From an uncultured bacterium (lineage in GTDB: Bacteria; Eisenbacteria; RBG-16-71-46; CAIMUX01; WJJG01), in the NCBI GenBank assembly GCA_964482205.1, contig CAYZWI010000007.1, positions 25,740 through 89,739 on the forward strand: DNA of 64,000 bases. Direction: 5' to 3'. The notes under the pieces are model-generated. The model was not told where the DNA came from, searched no databases, and was given only the letters and a program-made list of their open reading frames with translations. Numbering within the stretch: position 1 is the first letter of the stretch; every line of letters begins with the position of its first letter. The translations under genes and the position numbers were made by a program. Below, piece after piece: positions 16,901 to 26,243 of the stretch.

Positions 16901-18535
16901 TCAAGCCCCGTCGGTTCCGGTCGCGGCCGGAGACAAGGAGAGCCCCGTGCCGGACGCGAACACCTGCATCTCCTCGAACATCTCTTCCAGCAGGATGCGG
17001 GGCGCCGCTTCGCCGTCCGCGTCGCCGTCGAACGCGCGGGTCGACGCTTCGATCTGCCAGTCGCCGTGCGTCTCCCCCGCCGCGCGCACCTCGTCCTGCA
17101 GCTTGCGCCGGATGCGGCGCGCGAGCGAGCGCGCCCCTCCTTCGTTTTCGTGGCAGAGAAGCACGAGCGCGCGTCTCGGTTCCGAGAAGCAGAGAAGATC
17201 GCCCTCGCGAATCCCCGTCTCGAGCAGCGCGAAGAGCCGGTTCATCACCGCGACGCCTCCCGGATCCATTCCCGGATGGCAGCGAAACGCCACCACGCTG
17301 ACGGGGCTCGCAAAGTGCCGCGAACACCGCAAGGCGGTGCCGAAGGCCTCGGTGAAGTCGGCTTTGCGCATCTCGCGGCCGCGGGAGAGCCCCTGCAGCG
17401 CCGCGAGGCGCGCACCGTCGCCCGACGGCTCCGCGGCCCGCGTCAGACGCAGCATGCCGGCCGTCTGGATGCGCGCCGCGAGGACATCGAGGTCGAAAGG
17501 AGACTCGACGAAATCGGTCGCTCCATGAAGCAGCGCGCGGATGCGGTCCGAACGGCGGCGCCCGCCGAGCGACATGCAGATGATCGGCATCGTGTAGCGC
17601 CCGTCACGCAGCGCGCGCGCGACCATCAATCCCGAGATCCCGGGCAGGTCCTGTTGAAGGAGGATCACATCGGGCATGGAGGTCGCCGCCAGCGAGAGCG
17701 CTTCCGCGCCGTCGCCGGCGAGATCGACGCGCATGCGAGGACTGAGCAGCTTGACCAGTTCGCCGACCCACGGCCCTTCGCGCGAGGCGATCAACACGCG
17801 CTTGGAATGCGGAGCGCGCGCCGGTTCGCTCCCCTTCGCCGCGGCCGCGCGGTCGATGGGAATGAGTCCCGTCTCGAGCGCGATCGCGTACGAAAGCAGC
17901 CCGCCCGAAACGCTCGCCTGCCGCGACCGCTCCACCCGCATGACGAAGGGCCCCGGCTGGCCGGTGCCGCGCGCGACGGCCAGCTCGGCCGCGCCCCAGC
18001 ACCGGTCGCGCAAGGCTTCGAGCAATCCCGAGTGGCGGTGCAGCGAATCCGTTCTCGCGAGCAGGAGCGCGCTCCAGCCCATTTGCTCGCAGCGGCCGAT
18101 CAGGGTCTCGACATTGTGACGGATCTCGTCCTTGCGGCCATAGGCGCGGAAGAGAGGAATGAGCGGATCGAGCACGATCGCGCCCACATCCGGCCCCTTC
18201 GAAGCGAATTCGGCGAGATGATCGAGAAACGCGGTCATGCCCAGCGCCCCGATCTGATCGCTCACTTCGTTCGCGTACGGGCAAAGGACGAAACGGTCGT
18301 GGCGCCAATCCGCCTCGAGCGACAGGCCGAGTAGCGAGGCCTGTTGCAGCACATGTTCCGGAGGGTCGGTGGTGAGAAAGAGGACCCGGCGGTCGACGGC
18401 CGTCCACGCGTGCGCGACCTGCAACGCGAGCACCGTCTTCCCCATGCCCGGATTTCCGTGGAAGAGATATGAGCGCCCGGGCAAGAGCCCGCCCAGCACC
18501 GCCTCGATGATCGCTGGCTGCCGGAATTCCGACAT
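16901..18535 (-). CDS. multidomain signaling protein: KaiC/RecA-like ATPase + response-regulator receiver + degenerate GGDEF-like domain
   Basis: The Walker A motif is FHGNPGMGKTVLALQVA, within a KaiC/RecA-like fold. The receiver domain is KRVLIASREG...DVILLQQDLPGISGLMVARALRD...PIICMS. The C-terminal region has a GGDEF-fold pattern, but the GG(D/E)EF motif is replaced by FSEPRRA (VSVVAFRCHPG ... GDLLCFSEPRRALVLLCHENEGGARSLARRIRRKL). The start is the ATG at ORF position 24. Alternative starts are GTG 18604 and ATG 18574. Confidence 0.7.
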   Translation of the reverse strand: MSEFRQPAIIEAVLGGLLPGRSYLFHGNPGMGKTVLALQVAHAWTAVDRRVLFLTTDPPEHVLQQASLLGLSLEADWRHDRFVLCPYANEVSDQIGALGMTAFLDHLAEFASKGPDVGAIVLDPLIPLFRAYGRKDEIRHNVETLIGRCEQMGWSALLLARTDSLHRHSGLLEALRDRCWGAAELAVARGTGQPGPFVMRVERSRQASVSGGLLSYAIALETGLIPIDRAAAAKGSEPARAPHSKRVLIASREGPWVGELVKLLSPRMRVDLAGDGAEALSLAATSMPDVILLQQDLPGISGLMVARALRDGRYTMPIICMSLGGRRRSDRIRALLHGATDFVESPFDLDVLAARIQTAGMLRLTRAAEPSGDGARLAALQGLSRGREMRKADFTEAFGTALRCSRHFASPVSVVAFRCHPGMDPGGVAVMNRLFALLETGIREGDLLCFSEPRRALVLLCHENEGGARSLARRIRRKLQDEVRAAGETHGDWQIEASTRAFDGDADGEAAPRILLEEMFEEMQVFASGTGLSLSPAATGTDGA

Positions 18536-18705
18536 GATCGCCCCACTGGCCTGTTCGTCGCCCGCCGCGCGCATGCAGGGGCCGCGCGCGGCGACGGAAT
18601 TCACCCCCCGGATTTCCCAACGCTTTCTCTATCGGCAGGAAGGGGGCGTCTCTCCATCGATTGCGGGAATTTCACGCCGCTTGCTCCCGCCGCTCCACGA
18701 GTCCT

Positions 18706-19470
18706 ATGCTGTTTCCCGCACGGCGCCTGAATGATTCCCTGGGCGAGCCGTCCAGGCGGGCAGGCCGGCGCCGGGATCCGTTCCAGGAGGCAGCGCTGGA
18801 GCTCATTCTCGCAAGCACATCGCCATACAGGCGCGCCTTGCTCGCGCGCCTGGGGCTCCCCTTTCGGTCGCTCGAACCGCGCTTCGAGGAAACGGCCGGC
18901 CGTCCAGGGGACGATCCCGCCCGGCTCGTCGTCCAGAACGCGCTCGGCAAGGCCCTGAGCGTCGTGGCGGAGTGCCCGGGCGGTCTCATCATCGGCAGCG
19001 ATCAAGTGGCGGAATGCGAGGGCGAGATCCTCACCAAGCCGGGCGCGCCGCAACGCGCCGTCGAACAATTGATGCGCCTCGCCGGACGCGAGCACCGGCT
19101 CTTCGGCGGATTGGCGGTCGTGCGCGCGCCGGGAACGCCAGCGCCGCCGTCGATCTCGAACCCATCGCCCGAGGACGGGGGCGTCGATCGGTCCGCCATG
19201 TCGAACGAAGATCTGGCCACGCGCACGGCGCTGGTCGTGAGCCACCTTCGCATCCGGCCCTTGGCGCGAGCGGAGGCCGAGGAGTATGTGCGGCGCGAGA
19301 GCCCGCTCGATTGCGCGGGCGCATACAAGTCGGAAGGCCTCGGCATCGCGCTCTTCGACCACCTGCGGGGCGATGACCCCACCGCGGTGATCGGGCTTCC
19401 GCTCATCGCGCTCACGCGTTTGTTGCGCGCCTTCGGGTGCGATCCCCTCGGAAAGGCGCCGACGCCATGA
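18706..19470 (+). CDS. maf: Maf-family nucleoside-triphosphate pyrophosphatase (septum formation protein Maf)
   Basis: LILASTSPYRRALLARLGLPF, IIGSDQV and ILTKP are Maf blocks. There is an approximately 35-aa insertion before the C-terminus. The start is uncertain: an AGGAGG at about 18785 precedes only a CTG. ATG 18706 was used. Confidence 0.7.
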   Translation: MLFPARRLNDSLGEPSRRAGRRRDPFQEAALELILASTSPYRRALLARLGLPFRSLEPRFEETAGRPGDDPARLVVQNALGKALSVVAECPGGLIIGSDQVAECEGEILTKPGAPQRAVEQLMRLAGREHRLFGGLAVVRAPGTPAPPSISNPSPEDGGVDRSAMSNEDLATRTALVVSHLRIRPLARAEAEEYVRRESPLDCAGAYKSEGLGIALFDHLRGDDPTAVIGLPLIALTRLLRAFGCDPLGKAPTP

Positions 19471-20102
19471 CGCGATTCAGCGCGGCCGACATCGAGCGCT
19501 TCTGGAGAAATCAGAACGACCGCCGCCGCGCCCTGCGCGCCCGCATGAACGAGCGGCGCCTGCCGTATGCGGTCGCGGTCGAGAGTCTGAGCAAAGACGC
19601 CAACCTGGGCAATCTCATCCGCACCGCGAACGCGTTCCTGTGCGGCGAGATCTTTCTCATCGGCAGCCCCGTGTTCGATCCGACCGGCGCGGGATCGGTC
19701 TATCGCTTCGAGCGCATGCGCCACTTCCCCGATCGCGAGGGATTCCTGCGCGCGGCGGCCGAGGGAGGCTATCGCATCGTCGCCGTCGAGATCGACGCGC
19801 GCGCCGAGCTGCTCCATCGCTTCACCTTTCCGCCCAAGCCGCTCTTTCTCTTGGGGAGCGAGTTGCACGGGCTCTCCGCGGAGCTCGCGGATCGCGCCGA
19901 GGCGCGGGTGATGATTCCGCAGTACGGCCTCGTGCCCTGCCTGAATGTGAATGTGAGCTGCAGCATCGTGCTCCATCACTATGTGACGACGACATTCCCC
20001 GAACTCGAACCGGTTCCGATTTCGGGAGCCAAGTTCCAGGCCGATCCGGGAAGCGGCCAGAGCAAAGGCACGCCTCCTTCGCCTGCGAGAGGCGGCGGGT
20101 GA
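19467..20102 (+). CDS. SpoU/TrmH-family RNA 2'-O-methyltransferase
   Basis: SPOUT fold blocks are present: YRIVAVEIDARAELLHRF, LFLLGSELHGLS and LNVNVSCSIVLH. The ATG overlaps the maf stop (ATGA). Confidence 0.75.
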   Translation: MTRFSAADIERFWRNQNDRRRALRARMNERRLPYAVAVESLSKDANLGNLIRTANAFLCGEIFLIGSPVFDPTGAGSVYRFERMRHFPDREGFLRAAAEGGYRIVAVEIDARAELLHRFTFPPKPLFLLGSELHGLSAELADRAEARVMIPQYGLVPCLNVNVSCSIVLHHYVTTTFPELEPVPISGAKFQADPGSGQSKGTPPSPARGGG

Positions 20103-21382
20103 GCGAGCGTTTCGCAGACACCGCCTCTCCCGCGGAGGCCTTTCTCGAGCGCTTCGGCCGGGCGCTCGACGAAGCCCTCGGCGCGCCGCTGCGCGACTGC
20201 GACGCGCTTCCCGTAGGCCACCCGCAACCGGGCGCCTCGCGCCAAGAGGCGCGCATCGTGGCGGCGTTGTCGGGGGGATGCGATTCCGTCGTTCTCGCCT
20301 GGGCGCTGCGCGCCCTCCTCCCCGCCCGCTCTGCCGATCGGGCGCGCGATGGCGACTCGGCGATGCGCGCGGCGGCGCGCGAGGCCGAGCCGCAAGCCGG
20401 CCGCCTCCTGCTCGCACACGTGCACCATGGATTGCGCCGCGAGTCGGACGAGGAGGAGCGCTTCGTCCGCTCGCTGGCCGAGGCTTGGGGCCTCGAGATC
20501 CGGGTGGCGCGCATCGATGTGCGGGCCGCGGCCGCCGAGCACCGCTGGTCGCGCGAACAGGCGGCGCGCATCCTGCGCCTGCGCGCGCTCGAGAAGATCT
20601 GTCGCGACGAAGGGCTCACCGTTCTCGCGCTCGGCCATCAGATGGATGACCAGGCCGAAACGATGCTCCTGCGTCTGCTGCGAGGCACGGGACCGCGTGG
20701 ATTGGGGGCCATGGCTCCGGCGGTGGCGCTTTCTTCATCGACCAAGACGCTCGAGGCGGAGAGCGAGCGCGCTCCGGTATTCGCGCCGCCTTTGCGCGTC
20801 ATCCGGCCCCTGCTCGGATTTCGCCGCGCCCTGCTGCGCGAAGTTGCCCAATCCGCCAAGCTCGAGTGGCGCGAAGACCGCACGAATCTCGACCCTGAAA
20901 TCCTTCGCAATCGCATTCGCCTCGAGCTCCTGCCCCACCTCGCCGAGCGCTACAACCCGCGCATCGTGGAATCGCTCGCCGATCTCGCCCGCCGGCAGAG
21001 AATCGAGCGCGAGTACATCGCCGAGAAGGCGGCCGCGTTGAAAGCCGCCGCCTGGCGTGCGCCTTCCCCCGACGACGGCGACGGCGAGATCACGCCGCCG
21101 GGCATCGCGGAGGGCGAAGAGAAGGCGCGGCCGATCGTGACGCTCGATGCGGCGATCTTGGCTCGCGAACCGGACGCGGTCGCATCGCAGGCGCTCTGGC
21201 TCGCCTATCAAGAGCTGGCCGGTCCCGAAGCGGCCCTGCCCGGGCGCCGCGTGGAGGAGTTGCTCGATCTCGCCCGGCGCGCAGCCCGCCGCGAGCGTGG
21301 CGAGGTGCACCTCCCGGGAGAAATCCGCGTGCGCGCCCGCCGCGGGCGCCTGCTCTTTGAGCCGCATGTCGCGAGACCGTGA
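20099..21382 (+). CDS. tilS: tRNA(Ile)-lysidine synthetase
   Basis: The PP-loop is IVAALSGGCDSVVLAWAL. Downstream blocks are LALGHQMDDQAETMLLRLLRG and RPLLGFRRALL. The GTG start overlaps the trmH stop (GTGA). Confidence 0.8.
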   Translation: MSERFADTASPAEAFLERFGRALDEALGAPLRDCDALPVGHPQPGASRQEARIVAALSGGCDSVVLAWALRALLPARSADRARDGDSAMRAAAREAEPQAGRLLLAHVHHGLRRESDEEERFVRSLAEAWGLEIRVARIDVRAAAAEHRWSREQAARILRLRALEKICRDEGLTVLALGHQMDDQAETMLLRLLRGTGPRGLGAMAPAVALSSSTKTLEAESERAPVFAPPLRVIRPLLGFRRALLREVAQSAKLEWREDRTNLDPEILRNRIRLELLPHLAERYNPRIVESLADLARRQRIEREYIAEKAAALKAAAWRAPSPDDGDGEITPPGIAEGEEKARPIVTLDAAILAREPDAVASQALWLAYQELAGPEAALPGRRVEELLDLARRAARRERGEVHLPGEIRVRARRGRLLFEPHVARP

Positions 21383-21508
21383 GGGCGAAGCGGTCAAGCG
21401 CTTCCGCGGGAGTCGCATAGCCGCCCGACGAGTCGAAGAAATCTCCTTGATGGCCCTTCCCCGGCTCTCTAAACTTCATCGGTTGGACAGGAATCGGGAA
21501 TGGGGAGC

Positions 21509-22099
21509 ATGATCGAGACGGTACGCAAACTCCACGCGGGTGACACTCTCCGCCTCGCCGACGGCACGGGACGGGTGTTGTTCAGCGTGGACGACATCCG
21601 CGCGCGAGTCGAAGAGCTCGGGCGCGAGATTTCGCGCGACTACCAGGGCAAAGTGCCGGTGCTCGTCGCCATTCTGCGCGGAGGATTCATCTTTCAGTGC
21701 GATCTCGCGCGCGCGATCTCCCTCCCCCAGGAATTCGATTTTCTCTCCGTGAGCCGCTTCCACCCGCAACAGAAGGAGCGGACCGCGGTCAAGATCCTCA
21801 ACGATTTGCGGTCGGATGTGCGCGGCCGGGATGTGATCGTGATCGAGGGCATTCGCACGGACAGCACCAAGACCGAATACATCCGGACCTTCCTGCAACT
21901 GCGCGAGCCCGCTTCGTTGCGCTTCGCCGCGCTGGTGGCTCACGCGGCCGCCCGGAACCATGCGGTTCCCGTGCAGTACAAGGGCTTCGAGATCGGCAGT
22001 GAATTCGTGATCGGGTGTGGCCTCGATTTCCAGGAACGCTATCGCAATCTCCCCGTCATCGCCACGTTCACCCCGGCGGGAAGATCCATGAAGCCGTAG
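21509..22099 (+). CDS. hpt: hypoxanthine-guanine phosphoribosyltransferase
   Basis: VLVAILRGGFIFQCDLARAI ... FDFLSVSRF and DVIVIEGI form the PRPP-binding region of the type I PRTase fold. Gene order tilS-hpt-ftsH is conserved. Confidence 0.8.
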   Translation: MIETVRKLHAGDTLRLADGTGRVLFSVDDIRARVEELGREISRDYQGKVPVLVAILRGGFIFQCDLARAISLPQEFDFLSVSRFHPQQKERTAVKILNDLRSDVRGRDVIVIEGIRTDSTKTEYIRTFLQLREPASLRFAALVAHAAARNHAVPVQYKGFEIGSEFVIGCGLDFQERYRNLPVIATFTPAGRSMKP

Positions 22100-22204
22100 C
22101 CGCCGGAGGGAAGGCGCGGTCCTCGGAGACGGCGCATCTTCCGGCCATCCACCCGCGTCAGGGCGTCGCGCAGGCGGGCGCCCGGACCTCAGAGAAGGAA
22201 TGGA

Positions 22205-24373
22205 ATGAGTTCGATCCAGACACCCGCGACGACGCCCCGCGCGCAGCGGAGCGCCGCTGAGAAAGGATCCGGCCGGCGGCACGAGCCTGCGGATCCTGGG
22301 GACCGCAGCCGAGACCTGGCCGCTCGCTTGACATCGGACGACCCGGGGGAACCGGGCGGCCCGGGAGGACCGCGTGGATCCGGGGGCCCGGGCGGAGCGG
22401 GGGGCCCGGGCGGATCGGGCGGGCACGGGGGAGGAGGCCCTCGCAGGCCGATCCCCGGCGCCGGGCGTTCCTTTCGCGCGTTGAGCATCTGGTTGCTGGT
22501 CGCCCTCACACTCTTCCTCATCGCCCAGCATGTGTTCAACGAAAGGTCAGCGGGAACGGAGATCTCGTACACCCGGTTCTGGCAGGCGGCGGAGAAACAG
22601 CAGCTGAAGGATGTGACCCTCGTGCGCCGGGAGGCGATGGGGCATTACCAAGAGAGCGAAGGCGGCGAATGGAAGCGCTTCCACACCTATCTTCCGGCGG
22701 AAGCCGACGCGGAGTTGTTGAAGCTTCTGCGCGAGAAGGGCATTGAAGTCGAGTCGAAGCCCGATCCCACGCCCTGGCTCACCGTGCTCCTGTCCTGGCT
22801 TCCCTTCGTGCTTCTGATCGGGGTCTGGTTCTTCATGATCCGCCAGATGCAGGCGGGAGGATCCGCGGCGCTGAAGTTCGGGCGCAGCCGCGCGAAGCTG
22901 CTGCACGAAAGCCGCGTGCGCGTGACCTTCGACAACGTCGCCGGCGCGGATGAAGCCAAGCAGGAATTGCAGGAAATCATCGAGTTCCTGCGCGACCCGA
23001 AGAAGTTCGCGCGCCTGGGCGGCCGCATTCCGAAGGGCGTGCTGCTCATCGGACCTCCGGGCACCGGCAAGACCTTGCTCGCCCGCGCCGTCGCGGGGGA
23101 AGCGAATGTGCCCTTCTTCAGTATCAGCGGAAGCGATTTCGTCGAGATGTTCGTGGGTGTGGGCGCCGCCCGCGTGCGCGATCTCTTCGAGCAAGGCAAG
23201 CGCCACGCGCCCTGCATCGTCTTCGTCGACGAGCTCGACGCGGTCGGACGCCACCGGGGCGCCGGCCTGGGCGGCGGCCACGACGAGCGCGAGCAGACCC
23301 TCAATCAACTCCTGGTCGAGATGGACGGCTTCGACGCCAACGAAGGCGTGATCCTGCTCGCCGCCACGAACCGCCCCGATGTGCTCGATCCCGCGCTCCT
23401 GCGGCCCGGCCGCTTCGACCGCACGGTGGTCGTCGACCGGCCCGACGTGCGAGGCCGCGAAGGCATCCTGCGGGTGCATTGCGCCGGCAAGCCCCTGGCG
23501 CCCGATGTCGATCTCCAGATTCTCGCGCGCGGAACTCCGGGCCTCTCGGGCGCCGATCTCGAGAACCTGGTGAACGAGGCGGCTCTGCTCGCCGCGCGGC
23601 GCGGCCACGAAGCGATCGCGATGGCCGAGTTCGAGGAAGCCAAGGACAAGGTGATGATGGGCACCGAGCGAAGAAGCCTCCTCATCACGCCCGAAGAGAA
23701 GAAGATCACCGCGTATCACGAGGCGGGCCACGCGCTGGTCGCCTGGTTCCTTCCCGACACCGATCCGCTGCACAAGGTGACGATCATCCCGCGCGGACAA
23801 GCGCTGGGCCTCACCCACTGGCTGCCGGTGGATGAACGCCACATGCATTCGCGCGACTATCTCGAGCAGGTCATGGCCGCGACGATGGGCGGCCGGGCGG
23901 CCGAAGCGATCGTGTACGGCCACTTCACCACCGGCGCGGCGAGCGACATCACTTCGGTGACCGGGCTCGCGCGGCGCATGGTCTGCCAATGGGGCATGAG
24001 CGAGCGCCTCGGCCCGATCCAATTCGGCAGCCGCGATGAGTTGATCTTCCTCGGCAAGGAGATCGCGCAGCAAAAGGACTACAGCGAGGAGACCGCGCAG
24101 ATCATCGACGAGGAAGTCCATCGCATCATCGGAGAGGCCTACCTCCGCGCGCGCCAGATCCTGGAAGAAAAGCTCGACAAGCTGCACGCCCTCGCCAAGG
24201 CACTGCTCGAACGCGAGATCCTCGATGGAAACGCGGTCGGCGAGATTCTCGGCAACGGGGACCGCCCACAGGAATTCAGGAAGGAGACGGGCCTGCCCCC
24301 GGCCGAGGGCGCGGTCGAGCATCCCTTCCCCTCCGTCGAGAGCGAGCGCCCCGACAGCGGGAAGAACGAATGA
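22205..24373 (+). CDS. ftsH: ATP-dependent zinc metalloprotease FtsH with a Gly-rich low-complexity N-terminal extension
   Basis: Walker A is [11 protein letters not shown]+ SRH and Walker B blocks are present, and the zinc motif is HEAGHAL. The N-terminal roughly 90 aa carries [32 protein letters not shown] ahead of the first TM. Confidence 0.9.
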   Translation: MSSIQTPATTPRAQRSAAEKGSGRRHEPADPGDRSRDLAARLTSDDPGEPGGPGGPRGSGGPGGAGGPGGSGGHGGGGPRRPIPGAGRSFRALSIWLLVALTLFLIAQHVFNERSAGTEISYTRFWQAAEKQQLKDVTLVRREAMGHYQESEGGEWKRFHTYLPAEADAELLKLLREKGIEVESKPDPTPWLTVLLSWLPFVLLIGVWFFMIRQMQAGGSAALKFGRSRAKLLHESRVRVTFDNVAGADEAKQELQEIIEFLRDPKKFARLGGRIPKGVLLIGPPGTGKTLLARAVAGEANVPFFSISGSDFVEMFVGVGAARVRDLFEQGKRHAPCIVFVDELDAVGRHRGAGLGGGHDEREQTLNQLLVEMDGFDANEGVILLAATNRPDVLDPALLRPGRFDRTVVVDRPDVRGREGILRVHCAGKPLAPDVDLQILARGTPGLSGADLENLVNEAALLAARRGHEAIAMAEFEEAKDKVMMGTERRSLLITPEEKKITAYHEAGHALVAWFLPDTDPLHKVTIIPRGQALGLTHWLPVDERHMHSRDYLEQVMAATMGGRAAEAIVYGHFTTGAASDITSVTGLARRMVCQWGMSERLGPIQFGSRDELIFLGKEIAQQKDYSEETAQIIDEEVHRIIGEAYLRARQILEEKLDKLHALAKALLEREILDGNAVGEILGNGDRPQEFRKETGLPPAEGAVEHPFPSVESERPDSGKNE
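22334..22450 (+). repeat. GC-rich short tandem motif (ggcccgggcgga-like) encoding the (GGPGG)n tract of FtsH
   Basis: Direct reading of 22330-22450 shows repeated ggcccggg / ggcgga units. Confidence 0.6.
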
Positions 24374-24434
24374 GCCCCGGCGGGGTGCCCGGCCCGTTGC
24401 CCGGCGGGGCGCCCGGCCGCATGGGGACGACTCC

Positions 24435-25385
24435 ATGACCGCAGGCCCTGCCCCGCCTCGCCCGCGTCTTCCGCTTCGCATCGGAAACCGCGTGGTGGAG
24501 TTGGGCGAGCGCACGCTCATCATGGGAATCGTCAACTGCACGCCCGACTCCTTCTATCCCGGGGGACGGAATTTCGAACCCGCCGGCGCGATCCGCCGCT
24601 ACGAACAAGTCGTGGACGAGGGCGCGGACTGGGTCGATGTGGGCGGCGAGAGCACGCGGCCGGGAGCGGAGCCGGTCGAGGCCGAAGAAGAGTGGCGGCG
24701 CATCCGCCCGGTCATCGAAGCGGCGCGCCGGAGGGGCCATCCGATTCCCCTCTCCATCGATACCACCAAGCATGAGGTGGCCGCCCGCGCGCTCGATCAA
24801 GGCGCGGCGATCGTGAACGATGTGAGCGGTCTCGCCTTCGATGCGCGCCTGGCCGAGCTCGCCGCGCGCTATCAGGCCGCGCTCGTCCTCATGCACATGC
24901 GCGGCGATCCGCGCACGATGCAAAAGGACCCGCGCTACCGGGATGTGGTGCTGGATGTGCGCTCGTTCCTGGCCGCCGCGGTCGCCCGCGCGCGCGAGCG
25001 CGGGGTCGCAGAGAACCAGATCCTCGTCGACCCGGGCATCGGATTCGGCAAGACCCTCGCGCACAATCTGGAACTGTTGCGCCGGCTGCACGAGTTTGCC
25101 TTGCTGCGACGGCCGCTCCTGATAGGATGCTCGCGCAAGGGATTCATCGGAGCGCTGACCGGCGCTCCGCTGGAGGAGCGCCTGGAAGGCAGCCTCGCCG
25201 CGCACGCGGCCGCCGTCTGCGCGGGGGCGCATGTGGTGAGGGTTCACGATGTCCGCGCGCATGTGCGCGCGATGCAGGTGCTCGATGCCGTGCGTGCGGC
25301 GAACGATCCCGCGCGGACGGGCGGCGCCGCGGAAACGGGCGGCTTCGTGCGGAAGAGCGGCCCCGAGCAAACCAGCGGCGGTTGA
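24435..25385 (+). CDS. folP: dihydropteroate synthase
   Basis: The pterin-binding domain is present (LIMGIVNCTPDSFYPGG ... DVGGESTRPGAEPV ... SIDTTKHEVA ... LVDPGIGFGKT). The start is the ATG at ORF position 71 (24435). Confidence 0.85.
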   Translation: MTAGPAPPRPRLPLRIGNRVVELGERTLIMGIVNCTPDSFYPGGRNFEPAGAIRRYEQVVDEGADWVDVGGESTRPGAEPVEAEEEWRRIRPVIEAARRRGHPIPLSIDTTKHEVAARALDQGAAIVNDVSGLAFDARLAELAARYQAALVLMHMRGDPRTMQKDPRYRDVVLDVRSFLAAAVARARERGVAENQILVDPGIGFGKTLAHNLELLRRLHEFALLRRPLLIGCSRKGFIGALTGAPLEERLEGSLAAHAAAVCAGAHVVRVHDVRAHVRAMQVLDAVRAANDPARTGGAAETGGFVRKSGPEQTSGG

Positions 25386-25394
25386 GGAACGCGT

Positions 25395-26198
25395 ATGCCC
25401 TGGCCGGTGCACATCGGTTGGCTGAGGGATGTGGCCGACATCCTGATCGTCGCGTTCCTCTTCTATCGCCTCCTCATTCTCGTGCGCGGCACGCGCGCCG
25501 CGCAGATGTTCATCGGGCTCGTCACGATCGTGGTTCTCTCCGTGCTCGCGCAGTGGTTGCGCCTCTCCGCGTTGAACTGGCTGCTCACCAGCCTGCGCAC
25601 CGTCTGGGTGATCGCCTTCATCATCATTTTCCAGCCGGAGCTGCGCAAGGCGCTGGGACAGATCGGGCAGAGCCGTCTGTTTCATCGTTTCGTCGGGGTG
25701 GAGGAGTTCGCCTACTTGAGCGAGGTGCAGAACGCGGTCGAGCGTGCGAGCCGCAAAGGGCTCGGCGCGCTGATCGTCCTCGAACGCAATGTCGGATTGA
25801 AGAACTACATCGAAACGGGAACGCAGGTGGACGCGACCGTGAGCGCCGAGCTGCTCGAGACGATCTTCACTCCCCCTTCGCCGCTGCACGACGGCGCGGT
25901 GATCCTGCGCGGCAGCCAGATCGTCGCGGCCGCGTGCATCCTGCCGCTGTCGGACAATCCCGACCTGGATCGGACGCTGGGCACGCGCCATCGCGCCGCG
26001 GTGGGGTTGACGGAAGAGACGGATGCGATCGTGCTGGTCGTCTCCGAAGAGACGCGCTTGATCTCGATGGCCGAGGGCGGACAACTGAGCCGCGGGCTCG
26101 AGATCGGTGATTTGAAGAGCCGCTTGAGCGCGCTCCTGAAGACGAAACCCGGACGGCTGGAAGCGCGCGAGGCGCGTCATCCGCAGGCCGCCCGGTAG
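25395..26198 (+). CDS. cdaA: diadenylate cyclase CdaA (c-di-AMP synthase)
   Basis: N-terminal TM helices are followed by a DAC domain (HDGAVILRGSQIVAAACILPLS ... GTRHRAAVGLTEETDAIVLVVSEETRLISM). Confidence 0.85.
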   Translation: MPWPVHIGWLRDVADILIVAFLFYRLLILVRGTRAAQMFIGLVTIVVLSVLAQWLRLSALNWLLTSLRTVWVIAFIIIFQPELRKALGQIGQSRLFHRFVGVEEFAYLSEVQNAVERASRKGLGALIVLERNVGLKNYIETGTQVDATVSAELLETIFTPPSPLHDGAVILRGSQIVAAACILPLSDNPDLDRTLGTRHRAAVGLTEETDAIVLVVSEETRLISMAEGGQLSRGLEIGDLKSRLSALLKTKPGRLEAREARHPQAAR

Positions 26199-26243
26199 AC
26201 GAAGCCGCTCGAACGAAGCAATCCGGCGGCGCGTTGGCTTGGC

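Noticed and set aside
17604-18620. 338-aa minus-strand ORF and 422-aa plus-strand ORF (17066..18334) overlapping the KaiC-REC gene
   Set aside because: They are alternative or antisense frames of a gene with clear Walker A and receiver motifs.
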